Origin: Syntrophales bacterium
GTDB lineage: Bacteria > Desulfobacterota > Syntrophia > Syntrophales > UBA2210
Direction: 5' to 3'
DNA length: 64,000 nucleotides
Assembly (NCBI GenBank): GCA_023230565.1
Contig: JALNXD010000001.1
Location: 1,075-65,074, forward strand
How positions within the stretch are numbered: position 1 is the first letter of the stretch; each line of letters starts with the position of its first letter. The position numbers were made by a program, and so were the translations under genes. Of the stretch, positions 19,970 through 30,418 are shown one piece after another. The notes under the pieces are model-generated. The model was not told the origin of the DNA. It was given only the letters and a program-made list of their open reading frames with translations, and did not search any database.

Positions 19970-21730
19970 ATGACGGCTGCCATCGTCATCATCGGATCTT
20001 TTATTTACCTCGTATGTTATTTTATATATGGTACACGGCTCGAGCGGAATCTCGTGCGATCATCCGATGCTGCAGAAGCCCCGGCAAGGCGGCTATTTGA
20101 TGGGCTTGATTACGTGCCGGCACGAAAGGAAATTCTTTTTGGACATCATTTCGCTTCGATTGTCGGCGCGGCACCGGCCATAGGACCAGCACTCGCAATC
20201 TGCTGGGGATGGGCTCCCGCCCTCCTATGGGTATGGGTGGGCAATATTTTCATAGGTGCCGTTCATGATTACCTGGCACTAATGGTCTCGGTTCGATATG
20301 AAGGAAAATCCATACAGCATGTCGCACTTGATCTAATGGGAAAGCGTACAGGTTATTTCTTCTACCTCATCGTTTTCTTTTTTCTTATCTTCTTGACGGC
20401 AGTATTTACCGCCATTCTGGGTGACCTGTTCGTTAATATACCCGCGTTAGGTTCTGCTTATTTGTGGACCCTTTTGACAGCTCTGATTTTCGGTATTCTT
20501 TTTTACAGGATAAAACTGAAGCTTGCTCTTTCGACGGTGATAGGGTTATTCCTGCTAATTGCAGCGCTGTGGTGTGGGACTCTTACTCCTCTAAAGCTTT
20601 CTTATGGAACGTGGATGTGGATATTTTTTTTCTATATTGTGATCGCATCTTCCATACCGGTGAAAGTGCTTCTGCAGCCCCGCGATTATCTGAATTCGTG
20701 GCTCCTTTACGCGGGTATCGCCATTGGCTTTATTGCAGCTGTTTTCGCCTTCCGCGGATTCGAGGTGCCGGCTTTCGCAGGTTTTTCGCCCATTATTATC
20801 GGCGGTAAACCGACTCCTTTATGGCCTGCAATAATTCTCATTGTTTCTTTCAGTTCTATTTCGGGCTTTCATTCTCTCGTAGCGTCGGGAACAACATCAA
20901 AACAACTTGAAAAAGAAAGTGATGCCCTTTGGGTAGGATACGGCGCCATGCTTGCACAAGGTTTTTTTTCCACAATCGTGATAATTGTCATTGCAGGCTT
21001 CGGGTACACCACGCTTTTGCAGAAAGGAATAACACCCGACGTGCTGAATTATGAAAACTGGGGAGCCATGTGTGCCGAAGCTTCAGCTCACGCAGGACTT
21101 TCTCATGTGAATCTGTTCATTCAATCATATGCCACTATGGTAAAAGCAACATGGTTGAAAATAATACCGGAACAGTGGATTATCGCTCTCGCAGGTGTAT
21201 GGATCGCGTCCTTTGTTATGTCCGCGCTTGATACAACTAACCGCGTAGCCCGATACTGCTTTACCGAAATGACCTTCCCCCTGCAGAATAAACTTTCACT
21301 CTTCAAACTGCTGACCAATCGCTGGATCGCTTCAATGATTCCGGCAGCACTCGGGATTTATCTTGCTGTGTGCATTAATGATTTCCTGATGGATACGTTA
21401 TTCCATAAAGGCAACTGGTGGCTCGTTATATGGAGCTCATTAGGTATAATCAACCATTTGATCGCATCGATCGCACTTTTGACGGGTACCGCTTACGTTG
21501 CAAAGATAATGAAATCTTCCTCCGCCTACGCCGCTATGATCCCTGCTTGGATTCTCTGGATCACGGTAACGGCAGCAATGATCTGGTTTTTCTTTGCCAT
21601 TCAACCTATCGTCATGTCCTCAAATCCGAAAGCAGGGTGGGGCATGGCACTTGCGCTGATCACTTTGTGTATGTTGAATTTCATCTTTATTGCTGATTTC
21701 ATAAGATCGCGGTCCTTCCGGGCAGGCTAA
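19970..21730 (+). CDS. cstA: Carbon starvation protein A (CstA) family peptide/pyruvate transporter
   Basis: Polytopic membrane protein with the CstA signature FGHHFASIVGAAPAIGPALA. 586 aa. Confidence 0.85.
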   Translation: MTAAIVIIGSFIYLVCYFIYGTRLERNLVRSSDAAEAPARRLFDGLDYVPARKEILFGHHFASIVGAAPAIGPALAICWGWAPALLWVWVGNIFIGAVHDYLALMVSVRYEGKSIQHVALDLMGKRTGYFFYLIVFFFLIFLTAVFTAILGDLFVNIPALGSAYLWTLLTALIFGILFYRIKLKLALSTVIGLFLLIAALWCGTLTPLKLSYGTWMWIFFFYIVIASSIPVKVLLQPRDYLNSWLLYAGIAIGFIAAVFAFRGFEVPAFAGFSPIIIGGKPTPLWPAIILIVSFSSISGFHSLVASGTTSKQLEKESDALWVGYGAMLAQGFFSTIVIIVIAGFGYTTLLQKGITPDVLNYENWGAMCAEASAHAGLSHVNLFIQSYATMVKATWLKIIPEQWIIALAGVWIASFVMSALDTTNRVARYCFTEMTFPLQNKLSLFKLLTNRWIASMIPAALGIYLAVCINDFLMDTLFHKGNWWLVIWSSLGIINHLIASIALLTGTAYVAKIMKSSSAYAAMIPAWILWITVTAAMIWFFFAIQPIVMSSNPKAGWGMALALITLCMLNFIFIADFIRSRSFRAG

Positions 21731-21826
21731 AAGTAAGGACCGGCAGCGGCATTACCGGGGGAATAAAAGATCAGCTCATGTGTAGGAAATAATTGGATAA
21801 TTTAAAATATTTAACGTTGCAGGCGG

Positions 21827-22531
21827 ATGGATTTACGATTTCCGCGTGCGGCTTTTGAACCGGTGACCGAATCGATGTTCAAGTACGAACTCACAGGGCA
21901 ACCGCTTTTTTACCTTTTTGCAGCCTTTTCTTTCTTACTGGCCGCAGGTTATTTCTGGGGAAAGCGGCAGAACAAAAAAATCTTTCTGGCGGCATTTCGC
22001 GATATAATTGATGTGATCAAACCCGATGATCAGCGCTTCGTCAATATCGGAGGTTCCATCGGGTATCATGCCAACTTGTTTATTAAAAAGAAAAAAGCCG
22101 CTATCTCGCAGGTTGATGCAACTATTGTTCTTCTCCCGAGACAATCATGGCTCTATTTGCCGGTTTCCAAATTAATCAGACATTTTGATCGGCTGTTTAT
22201 AACTTTTTATTTTAAAAAAAAGCCTCTCGCAGAGGGGCATCTAATAGAGAACCGTTACAATAAGATGAAAAGATCATCAGTGGCAAATGCAGAACATCTT
22301 CAGAAAGAGGCACTGCGATGGGGAACATATGATTTCCTGCTTTACTATGATGGAGAAGATATAAAGAATAAATTAATTAATTTGATGGATAATAATCCTG
22401 ATCCGGGGATTATAAGGCATATTGCTGTAGTACCGGAACAAAAAAAGGGATTTCTCTTCATGATTCCGAAAAAAAATCAGGTCGCCCAGTATTTTACATC
22501 CGTCTACTACTGGCTTTCCTCTCTTGTATAG
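21827..22531 (+). CDS. Hypothetical membrane-anchored protein
   Basis: Long ORF with one N-terminal hydrophobic helix (LFYLFAAFSFLLAAGYFW). No motif I recognise. Start uncertain; an alternative Met lies at 21875. Confidence 0.4.
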   Translation: MDLRFPRAAFEPVTESMFKYELTGQPLFYLFAAFSFLLAAGYFWGKRQNKKIFLAAFRDIIDVIKPDDQRFVNIGGSIGYHANLFIKKKKAAISQVDATIVLLPRQSWLYLPVSKLIRHFDRLFITFYFKKKPLAEGHLIENRYNKMKRSSVANAEHLQKEALRWGTYDFLLYYDGEDIKNKLINLMDNNPDPGIIRHIAVVPEQKKGFLFMIPKKNQVAQYFTSVYYWLSSLV

Positions 22532-22604
22532 GAATTCGAAGATATCACGCTCTCGCTCAATACATAAAAAAGTAGTACAGAGCTGCTTTATAATGACTTT
22601 TTAC

Positions 22605-22644
22605 TTGACAATAGACTCAACAGTTTTTACACTGACTGGCCAGT
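22605..22644 (+). promoter_or_regulatory. Putative sigma70 promoter with overlapping palindromic operator upstream of the TetR gene
   Basis: TTGACA (22605-22610), a 17-nt spacer, then TACACT (22628-22633). A perfect 10-bp palindrome ACTGGCCAGT (22635-22644) lies at the predicted transcription start. Confidence 0.4.
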
Positions 22645-22670
22645 TCAAAAAGTGACCGGATAGTCAGAGC

Positions 22671-23321
22671 ATGCTCATGAGTGTCAATAAAAAAATAGAA
22701 CGCAAAAAGATACTTGATGCCGTTACACGCAAGGATATCATCGATGCGGTGGCTGCCACTCTCATCAATGAAGGGATGCAGGGGTTTACTATGGATAAGG
22801 TGGCAACCGCGGCGGGTGTTGCAAAAGGGACTCTTTATACTCATTTTAAGAATAAAGATGAAGCAATTGAAGTGACGATGGATTCGATTGTGGAACCCTT
22901 GATAGAACAATTGGACGCCATTGTTACCAGCAATATCCCCCCCTCGCACAAATTAACAAGATATTCGGCTCTTAGCTTTACTTTTTTTGATGACAACAGA
23001 GATCTTTTCCGCGTTATTTTGTATGACCGAGGGCAGGCTCATGCCCCTAAACAGCGCTTCCATGACAGCCGCTACTGGTCTTTTGTTCAAAAACTCGCCA
23101 ATATCTTTGAAGAAGGTGTTCGAGAAGGAGATTTTCTTCCCTTGCCTGCACTGAAAATCGCCGCAATGTTTATAGATGCAAATTTATCGGTAGTAATGCA
23201 GCGTCTTGCCAATAAGATTACAGGTAATATACAAGAGGATGTTTCACTCGTTACGGGGGTGTTTTTCCGGGGAATCGGGAATCGTGACAATGAATCAAAA
23301 AAGTCGGGATGTGAGAATTAG
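22671..23321 (+). CDS. TetR/AcrR family transcriptional regulator
   Basis: N-terminal HTH (GFTMDKVATAAGVAKGTLYTHFKNKDEA), located upstream of RND efflux genes. Confidence 0.85.
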   Translation: MLMSVNKKIERKKILDAVTRKDIIDAVAATLINEGMQGFTMDKVATAAGVAKGTLYTHFKNKDEAIEVTMDSIVEPLIEQLDAIVTSNIPPSHKLTRYSALSFTFFDDNRDLFRVILYDRGQAHAPKQRFHDSRYWSFVQKLANIFEEGVREGDFLPLPALKIAAMFIDANLSVVMQRLANKITGNIQEDVSLVTGVFFRGIGNRDNESKKSGCEN

Positions 23322-23504
23322 ATGACCGGGTTCGGATTTTTACCTTGCGCTCTACCGGATCAGTTTCAGAAATCAAGCCTCAAAGTAGATACAAGGCAGG
23401 CCGGCAACAGGAAGCACAGCGTGTGCTTCGCATAACTATTTCTTATAATTCCAGCTTAAATTCAGATAGAAAGGCACTGATCTTTATGGTATCAGAGGTG
23501 CAGC

Positions 23505-24704
23505 ATGAAAATACATAAAATGGTAAAAATAATCGCAAGTACAATAGCACTCAGCGGTATTATAATATTGCCGGGATGCAGCCGGCAGGAAGCTGAAAGC
23601 GGAATTCCTCAAACAATTACGCCCGAAGTTGCAGTCGTCACATTGCAACCGCAGCGACTGGTCGTCTCAAATGAATTGACAGGCCGGACATGTGCCTGCA
23701 AAGTTGCTGAAGTGCGCCCCCAGGTAAGTGGAATTATAAAAGAACGCCTTTTTGAAGAAGGTTCAGATGTGAAAGAAGGCCAGATACTTTTTAAAATCGA
23801 TCCGGCACTTTTTGAAACGGCGCTTGATAATGCGAAGGCAGGGCTCAGCAGAGCCCAGGCAAACCTTACCGCAATCCGGCTCAAGGTTGACCGTCTGCGT
23901 GAGCTGCTGGCAGACAAGGCCGTAAGTCAGCAGGACTACGATGATGCATCAGCGGCTCTAAAACAGACTGAAGCGGATATCCGCTATTGGGAGGCTACTG
24001 TAAAAACTGCCCGCATTAACCTGAAATATACCTCCGTTACTGCGCCAATTTCCGGCCGGATAGGCAAATCAAATATATCGGAAGGTGCCCTGGTGACGGC
24101 ACAGCAGCCGATGGCTCTGGCTACGATTCAGCAACTGGATCCTATTTACGTTGATTTGCCCCAGTCGACGGCCCAGCTCCTGCGCCTGCGCCAGCGTATG
24201 GAGAAAGGACTTCTCCAGAAAGGGCACATCCGAAATAATGCCAGCCTTGTTCTTGAGGACGATACACAATATCCCTTAAAAGGAGAGCTTAAATTTCGTG
24301 ATATTACCGTCGACCCTACAACCGGATCGGTCATTGTCCGTGCCGTTTTTCCGAATCCGAACATGATACTGCTCCCGGGTATGTTCGTCAGAGCCGTAGT
24401 CGAAGAGGGTATCAATGAAAATGCGATACTTGTTCCGCAGCAGGGGGTTTTTCGGGATCTCAAGGGGAATCCTCTTTCTCTGATTGTTGATACAGAAGAC
24501 AAGGTCCGGCAGCGCACATTGACTGTCAACCGCGCTATCGGCGATAAATGGCTGGTCTCTTCAGGTCTGACGGCTGGAGACAGAGTGATTATCGAAGGAA
24601 TGCAAAAAGTGCAACCAGGAGATTCTGTTAAAATCGTACCCTTTAGAGAAACGGGCAATCAGGACAGCAGCGCTAATGCCCCAGCGACCGCGCAATCCAA
24701 TTAA
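23505..24704 (+). CDS. RND efflux periplasmic adaptor (membrane fusion protein), AcrA/MexA-like lipoprotein
   Basis: Lipobox ILPGC. Coiled-coil hairpin region and beta-barrel motifs (TSVTAPISGRIGKSN, MILLPGMFVRA). Confidence 0.9.
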   Translation: MKIHKMVKIIASTIALSGIIILPGCSRQEAESGIPQTITPEVAVVTLQPQRLVVSNELTGRTCACKVAEVRPQVSGIIKERLFEEGSDVKEGQILFKIDPALFETALDNAKAGLSRAQANLTAIRLKVDRLRELLADKAVSQQDYDDASAALKQTEADIRYWEATVKTARINLKYTSVTAPISGRIGKSNISEGALVTAQQPMALATIQQLDPIYVDLPQSTAQLLRLRQRMEKGLLQKGHIRNNASLVLEDDTQYPLKGELKFRDITVDPTTGSVIVRAVFPNPNMILLPGMFVRAVVEEGINENAILVPQQGVFRDLKGNPLSLIVDTEDKVRQRTLTVNRAIGDKWLVSSGLTAGDRVIIEGMQKVQPGDSVKIVPFRETGNQDSSANAPATAQSN

Positions 24705-24716
24705 ACGGAGGCACCG

Positions 24717-27700
24717 ATGTTATCGAAGTTCTTTTTGGATCGTCCGGTTTTTGCCTGGGTAATCGCAATTATCATTATGGCGGCGGGAGGTCTTGCCATT
24801 TACAATCTGCCAATTTCCCAATATCCTCCCATCGCCCCTCCAACCATCGCCCTTTATGCAATGTACCCGGGGGCCTCGGCCGAGACGGTTGAAAACAGTG
24901 TGACTCAGATTATCGAACAGAAGATGACAGGATTCGAGAATCTTCTTTATCTGTCGTCAACAAGCGATTCCGCGGGAATGTCCCGTATCGAATTGACATT
25001 CGAGGCAGGAACCGATCCTGATATTGCATGGACACAGGTACAGAACAAACTTCAACTCGCAATGTCGTCTCTGCCGGAGGTTGTACAGAAGCAGGGTGTA
25101 AATGTTCGTAAATCAACGAGAAATTACCTGCTGTTCGTGGGACTCATTTCAGAAGACGGCAGCATGGATGGAAAAGATTTAAGAGATTATGCAAAATCCA
25201 ATCTGGAAAGTGTACTGGCGAGAGTACCGGGCGTGGGAGAAGTAGAAGTATTCGGAGCAGGCTATGCAATGCGGATATGGATTGATCCGGAAAAATTGAT
25301 GTCATACGGCCTTACAGTGCAAGAGGTGATTGCAGCACTTGAGACATACAATGCAGAGGTCTCTGCAGGACAGTTTGGAGGAGGGCCGGCTGTAGAAGGG
25401 CAGCGCCTCAATGCCTCTATTGTGGTTCAGAACATGCTGAAAACTCCCGATGAGTTCGCCGCAGTTCCTCTTCGCATAAACCCGAACGGATCGGTCGTCC
25501 GCATTAATGATATTGGTTGGACAGAACTGGGAACCGAGTATTACGATGTGGAGACCAGTTATAACGGAATGCCCATAGCCGGCATTGCTATCCGGCAGGC
25601 TTCAGGTGCCAATTCGCTGGATGCAGCTGATGCCGTTAAGGCAAAAATGGAAGAAATGACCCCGTTCTTGCCGCCTGGAATCAAGGTGGTCTATCCTCAT
25701 GATACAACTCCTTTTATCCGTGTTGCCATTGATGAGGTAGTTAAAACTCTTATTGAAGCAATCATCCTCGTGTTCCTTGTAATGTGGCTTTTCCTGGGTA
25801 ATATGAGAGCGACGCTCATTCCTACAATTGCCGTACCGGTGGTAATCCTGGGAACATTTGCAATGCTTGGATTTTTCGGATTTTCCATCAATATGCTGAC
25901 CATGTTTGCAATGGTGCTGGCAATCGGCCTTTTGGTGGATGATGCTATTGTAGTGGTTGAAAATGTAGAACGAATTATGACTGAAGAAGGCCTCCCGCCA
26001 AAAGAGGCCACTCGAAAATCCATGAATCAGATTACCAGTGCTCTTATAGGCATCGGCCTGGTACTCTCGGCAGTTTTCGGCCCTATGGCCTTTTTCCCGG
26101 GTTCTACCGGAGTCATCTACCGTCAATTTTCTGTGACAATCATCGCTGCTATGCTTTTATCGGTTGTCGTGGCATTGATCCTTACACCAGTTTTGTGCGC
26201 TTCTCTTCTCAAGCCTGTCCCTGCGGGACACGAACCTTCGGAAAATGCAATATTTTTCCTTCGCCCGTTTTTTCGTCTTTTCGATCGTATCTTCTTCGGA
26301 TTGAGAGATATTTATGTACGTTTTGTCGGACATTCTCTTTCCAGAACAATCCGCTATGTGGTTGTCTTTCTTGTGATCGTTACAGTGATGGGCGGTCTGT
26401 ATGTGCGCATGCCCACCTCTTACCTGCCTGATGAAGATCAGGGATCGCTGCTCGCGCAAGTTATACTTCCAAGCGGCGCCACCCTGGAGCAAACAAAGGC
26501 AATTGCCAGAGAGATCGAAAACTATTTTCATACACAGGAGAAAGAGGCCGTAGCATCGACCTTTATGATTTCCGGCTACGGTTTCTCCGGAAGAGCTCAG
26601 AACAACGGCATGGTGTTCATTAAGCTGAAAGACTGGAATCTGAGGAGCAGAGATGATTTAAAAGTCAAAGCCGTAGCGGAAAGAGCCACTCAAGCCCTTT
26701 CTTATATCAGGGGCGCTATCGTATTTGTATTTGCTCCTCCGGCAGTTACGGAACTGGGCCATGCCCAGGGGTTCGATTTTCAACTTCTTGACCGGGGCGG
26801 TCTCGGGCATAAGAAGCTCATGGAGGCACAATATCATCTTCTTGATATAGCGGCAAAGGATCCTCATCTGACTTCCGTCCGTCCGAACAGCATGGAAGAT
26901 GTATCGGAATACAGGATTGATGTAGATTGGGAAAAGGCAGGCGCCCTGGGAGTGCCCATAATTTCCATACACAGAACGATTTCGGCGGCCTTCGGCAGCG
27001 CCTATGTAAACGATTTTGTCCAGGGGGGAAGGGTAAAAAAGGTCTTTGTCCAGGCAGACGCGGCGTATCGAATGCTGCCACAGGACCTCGAAAAACTCTA
27101 CGTCAGGAACACCTCGGGCACAATGGTCCCATTTTCTTCGTTTGCATCAGGCTACTGGACATCCGGTCCTCCCAGGTTGGCTCGCTTCAACGGATTCCCC
27201 TCCATAAATATCTGGGGGGAACCGGCATCGGGAAAGAGTTCGGGAGAAGCCATGGAGGCAATGGAAGAAGCGGTTCGAAAGCTGCCCCGCGGAGTCGGCT
27301 TCGACTGGTCCGGACTTTCCTACCAGGAAAAGATCGCAAGTACTCAAGCGACGCTTTTGTATGCATTTTCGATATTTGTAATCTTTTTGTGTCTTGCGGC
27401 GCTGTATGAAAGCTGGACTATACCGGTTTCCATATTGATAGTTCTCCCTCTGGGCGTGATCGGCGGTATAATTGCAACAAGTATGCGTGGACTTTCAAAT
27501 GATGTGTATTTCCAAATCGGACTCCTGACTACCCTTGGTCTGGCAACGAAAAACGCTATTCTTATCGTTCAGTTTGCCAAGGAGAGACTGGCAAGAGGAA
27601 TGAATCTTGTCGATGCAACTCTTGAAGGATCAAAATTGAGATTTCGTCCTATTATTATGACTTCGCTCGCCTTCGGATTTGGCGTGCTTCCTCTTGCACT

Positions 27701-27893
27701 GGCAACAGGAGCCGGTGCCGGCGCTCAGAATGCCATAGGAACAAGCGTTCTGGGAGGAATGATAACGGCAACCTTGCTGGTAATTATTTTTGCACCCCTC
27801 TTTTTCGTACTCATAGAGAAACTTTTCGGCAGGCAGAAAAAACGTGAGGCAACCGAACTTACCTTGAAAACTTCTGAGGAAGAACCGCTATGA
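24717..27893 (+). CDS. RND multidrug efflux permease, AcrB/MexB (HAE1) family
   Basis: 1058 aa. MLSKFFLDRPVFAWVIAIIIM..., GLLVDDAIVVVENVER, 12-TM architecture with two large periplasmic loops. Confidence 0.95.
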   Translation: MLSKFFLDRPVFAWVIAIIIMAAGGLAIYNLPISQYPPIAPPTIALYAMYPGASAETVENSVTQIIEQKMTGFENLLYLSSTSDSAGMSRIELTFEAGTDPDIAWTQVQNKLQLAMSSLPEVVQKQGVNVRKSTRNYLLFVGLISEDGSMDGKDLRDYAKSNLESVLARVPGVGEVEVFGAGYAMRIWIDPEKLMSYGLTVQEVIAALETYNAEVSAGQFGGGPAVEGQRLNASIVVQNMLKTPDEFAAVPLRINPNGSVVRINDIGWTELGTEYYDVETSYNGMPIAGIAIRQASGANSLDAADAVKAKMEEMTPFLPPGIKVVYPHDTTPFIRVAIDEVVKTLIEAIILVFLVMWLFLGNMRATLIPTIAVPVVILGTFAMLGFFGFSINMLTMFAMVLAIGLLVDDAIVVVENVERIMTEEGLPPKEATRKSMNQITSALIGIGLVLSAVFGPMAFFPGSTGVIYRQFSVTIIAAMLLSVVVALILTPVLCASLLKPVPAGHEPSENAIFFLRPFFRLFDRIFFGLRDIYVRFVGHSLSRTIRYVVVFLVIVTVMGGLYVRMPTSYLPDEDQGSLLAQVILPSGATLEQTKAIAREIENYFHTQEKEAVASTFMISGYGFSGRAQNNGMVFIKLKDWNLRSRDDLKVKAVAERATQALSYIRGAIVFVFAPPAVTELGHAQGFDFQLLDRGGLGHKKLMEAQYHLLDIAAKDPHLTSVRPNSMEDVSEYRIDVDWEKAGALGVPIISIHRTISAAFGSAYVNDFVQGGRVKKVFVQADAAYRMLPQDLEKLYVRNTSGTMVPFSSFASGYWTSGPPRLARFNGFPSINIWGEPASGKSSGEAMEAMEEAVRKLPRGVGFDWSGLSYQEKIASTQATLLYAFSIFVIFLCLAALYESWTIPVSILIVLPLGVIGGIIATSMRGLSNDVYFQIGLLTTLGLATKNAILIVQFAKERLARGMNLVDATLEGSKLRFRPIIMTSLAFGFGVLPLALATGAGAGAQNAIGTSVLGGMITATLLVIIFAPLFFVLIEKLFGRQKKREATELTLKTSEEEPL

Positions 27894-29308
27894 CCAAAAA
27901 CCAGATTCTCTATCCTCTTTTGCTTGCGATACTGTTTGGCAGCTGTTCTTTTGCCCCGGAATACAGAAAACCTGCAGCTCCCATACCGGACAAGTGGCCT
28001 TCTGGACCAGCTTACAACAATATAAAAGCCGATGAAGCAGCCCCTTTTGCAAAAGAACTTATGTGGCAGGAATTCATTACTGACCGCCATATGCAAGAAG
28101 TTATCAAAACCGCAATCGCATACAACCGTGATATGCGCATCGCAAGCCTGAATGTTCAAAGGGCCAGAGCACTTTATGGTGTACAGAAAGCCGAGCTTTG
28201 GCCGCAAGTCAGTGCTGTGGGCCTGGGGGTTAAAGAGCGCATGCCTGCGGATCTCTCGCCCACAGGTACGTCAATAACTGCAGAACAGTATAGTGTGGAT
28301 GTTGGTATAACTTCATGGGAACTGGACTTCTTCGGTCGCATCCGAAACTTGAAAAAGAGGGCTCTTGAGGAATATCTTGCAACTGATGCTGCTCGCAGAA
28401 GTGCGGAAATACTGCTGATAACCTCAACGGCTACGGCATATCTTTCTCTGGCAGCAGATCACGAAAACCTCAATCTGGCCCGTTTTACGCTTGAAGCCCA
28501 GAAAACATCATATGATCTCATCAGGAAACGTTTCAACGTGGGACTTGCGTCTGAACTGGATCTCAGACGCGCCCAAAGCCAGGTCGATGCAGCCAAAGGG
28601 GATGTCGCCCTTTATACTCAGCTGACTGCACAAGATGAAAACGCATTGCGCCTGCTGATCGGACAGTCATTACCATCAAGACTTCTACCAGCCAATCTGT
28701 CAAGTGTCATTCCTCCCCGCGAGATTTCAGCAGGCTTGTCATCAGAGCTGCTTCTGAGGCGTCCCGATGTCATTGCAGCGGAACACCGGCTTAAAGCTTC
28801 ACATGCAAATATCGGCGCAGCACGCGCCGCTTTTTTCCCTCGTATAACGTTGACTTCGGCGGTGGGAACAGCCAGCACAGATCTGTCAGGACTCTTTAAT
28901 AGCGGTTCCGGCGTGTGGAGTTTTATGCCCCGGATCAGCATACCCATATTCGATCCCCGCATAGGACCCGCATATGAAGTAACAAAAGTGGACAAAGAAA
29001 TAATCCTTGCCCAATATGAAGATATCATCCAGAAAGCCTTTCGTGAAGCGGCCGATGCCCTTGCGATTCGCGGTACTGTAAATGAACGTATCAGAGCTCA
29101 GCAGGATCTCGTTGAAGCTATCGAAAAAACGTATCGTCTCTCTAATGCCCGATACTTGAAAGGAATCGACAGTTATCTCGGCGTTCTCGATGCTCAGCGT
29201 TCTCTTTATGCCGCGCAGGAGGGATTGATAAATCTATATCTTTTACGGCTCATCAACCGGGTAACACTCTACCAAGTACTGGGAGGCGGAGACGAGTCTT
29301 CTGAATGA
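27890..29308 (+). CDS. Efflux outer-membrane factor lipoprotein (NodT/OprM family)
   Basis: Lipobox LFGSC and duplicated OEP repeats (RRPDVIAAEHRLKASHANIGAARAAFFPRITLT). The ATG overlaps the RND stop (ATGA). Confidence 0.9.
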   Translation: MTKNQILYPLLLAILFGSCSFAPEYRKPAAPIPDKWPSGPAYNNIKADEAAPFAKELMWQEFITDRHMQEVIKTAIAYNRDMRIASLNVQRARALYGVQKAELWPQVSAVGLGVKERMPADLSPTGTSITAEQYSVDVGITSWELDFFGRIRNLKKRALEEYLATDAARRSAEILLITSTATAYLSLAADHENLNLARFTLEAQKTSYDLIRKRFNVGLASELDLRRAQSQVDAAKGDVALYTQLTAQDENALRLLIGQSLPSRLLPANLSSVIPPREISAGLSSELLLRRPDVIAAEHRLKASHANIGAARAAFFPRITLTSAVGTASTDLSGLFNSGSGVWSFMPRISIPIFDPRIGPAYEVTKVDKEIILAQYEDIIQKAFREAADALAIRGTVNERIRAQQDLVEAIEKTYRLSNARYLKGIDSYLGVLDAQRSLYAAQEGLINLYLLRLINRVTLYQVLGGGDESSE

Positions 29309-29318
29309 ACTTTCCAGT

Positions 29319-30416
29319 GTGTGTAAAGAGAGGAGGAAGAAAAATATTTTGGCATCGAGGATCCGTAGTATTGTACTTTTGATTGCGGCATTTTTTTGCC
29401 TCTTTTCTTCATCATCATTCGCCCGTTCAGGCGATAATCCTGCAAATGTCGTTGTCGCAAAAATAACCAGGGGAACAATCATTCCTGAAAAAACATTCAT
29501 CGGAAGCGTCTACTACCCTGAAGTATCTGATATCGCAGCAGAAGTTAGTGGAAGAGTAGAAGAGGTTGCCTATGAGGAAGGCCAGGCGGTAGTCAAAGAC
29601 AGCGTGCTCGTGAGGATGGATTCGAGCCTCCTCAAAAAGACATTTCTGTCGAAAACGGCATCTTTCGAAGAAATCCTTTCTGATTTGGCACGTGCTAAGA
29701 AGGATCTGGAAAGGACCAAAAACCTGTACGAAAGAAAAATTCTGGCTGAAAAAGATCTTGATGATCAGATTTTTACCGTCAAAGGTCTTGAAAAAAAAGC
29801 AGCTTCCCTGAAAGCTGAAGCGGAACATCTTGAAATTGAACTTGGAAAAACTGTAATTCGAGCCCCGTTTAGCGGTGTTATCATTAAGAAGAATACGGCG
29901 GTCGGCGAATGGCTGTCGCCAGGTTCAGCTGTTGCAACAATCGCAATGAATAACTCTTTCGATGTTATGATATCGGTTCCCGAGGATATTATCTTTCATC
30001 TACAAAGGGGCATGAAAATACCTGTTACCGCAGGACGTATTGAAACAGAAGGAACAATCACCGCCATTATACCGCAGGGAGATGTTGCCACCCGAACATT
30101 TCCTGTAAAAATCAGAATAGAAAAGGCTCCTTCTCTGATGGAAGGCATGGAAGCAAAAGTAACTCTTCCGGCGGGACAGAGTATAGATTCTTTTTTCGTG
30201 CCCCGTGACGCCATTTTAAATGTATACAATGAAACCTTTATAGTGGCCGTCGATAATTCCAGGGCATCTCTCATCAAAGTTGATGTTGTAGGCTACGAAA
30301 ACATGTATGCAGGCATCAAAGGGAACAGAATAAAGGAATCTCTCAAAGTGGTCGTCAAGGGAAATGAACGGCTGCGGGACGGAGATCCTGTCAATGTTCT
30401 GGAGGAAACCGAATAA
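29319..30416 (+). CDS. Second RND efflux periplasmic adaptor (membrane fusion protein)
   Basis: HlyD_D23/biotinyl-lipoyl-like motifs (VIRAPFSGVIIKKN, GMEAKVTLP) and a signal peptide without a classical lipobox. Start ambiguous: GTG at 29319, or TTG at 29349 downstream of the RBS GAGGAGG. Confidence 0.8.
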   Translation: MCKERRKKNILASRIRSIVLLIAAFFCLFSSSSFARSGDNPANVVVAKITRGTIIPEKTFIGSVYYPEVSDIAAEVSGRVEEVAYEEGQAVVKDSVLVRMDSSLLKKTFLSKTASFEEILSDLARAKKDLERTKNLYERKILAEKDLDDQIFTVKGLEKKAASLKAEAEHLEIELGKTVIRAPFSGVIIKKNTAVGEWLSPGSAVATIAMNNSFDVMISVPEDIIFHLQRGMKIPVTAGRIETEGTITAIIPQGDVATRTFPVKIRIEKAPSLMEGMEAKVTLPAGQSIDSFFVPRDAILNVYNETFIVAVDNSRASLIKVDVVGYENMYAGIKGNRIKESLKVVVKGNERLRDGDPVNVLEETE

Positions 30417-30418
30417 TT

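Noticed and set aside
25602-26126. 174-aa and 108-aa minus-strand ORFs inside the first RND gene
   Set aside because: They are antisense to a 1058-aa AcrB-family gene that has uninterrupted family motifs. They are His/Cys/Arg-rich mirror-frame artefacts.
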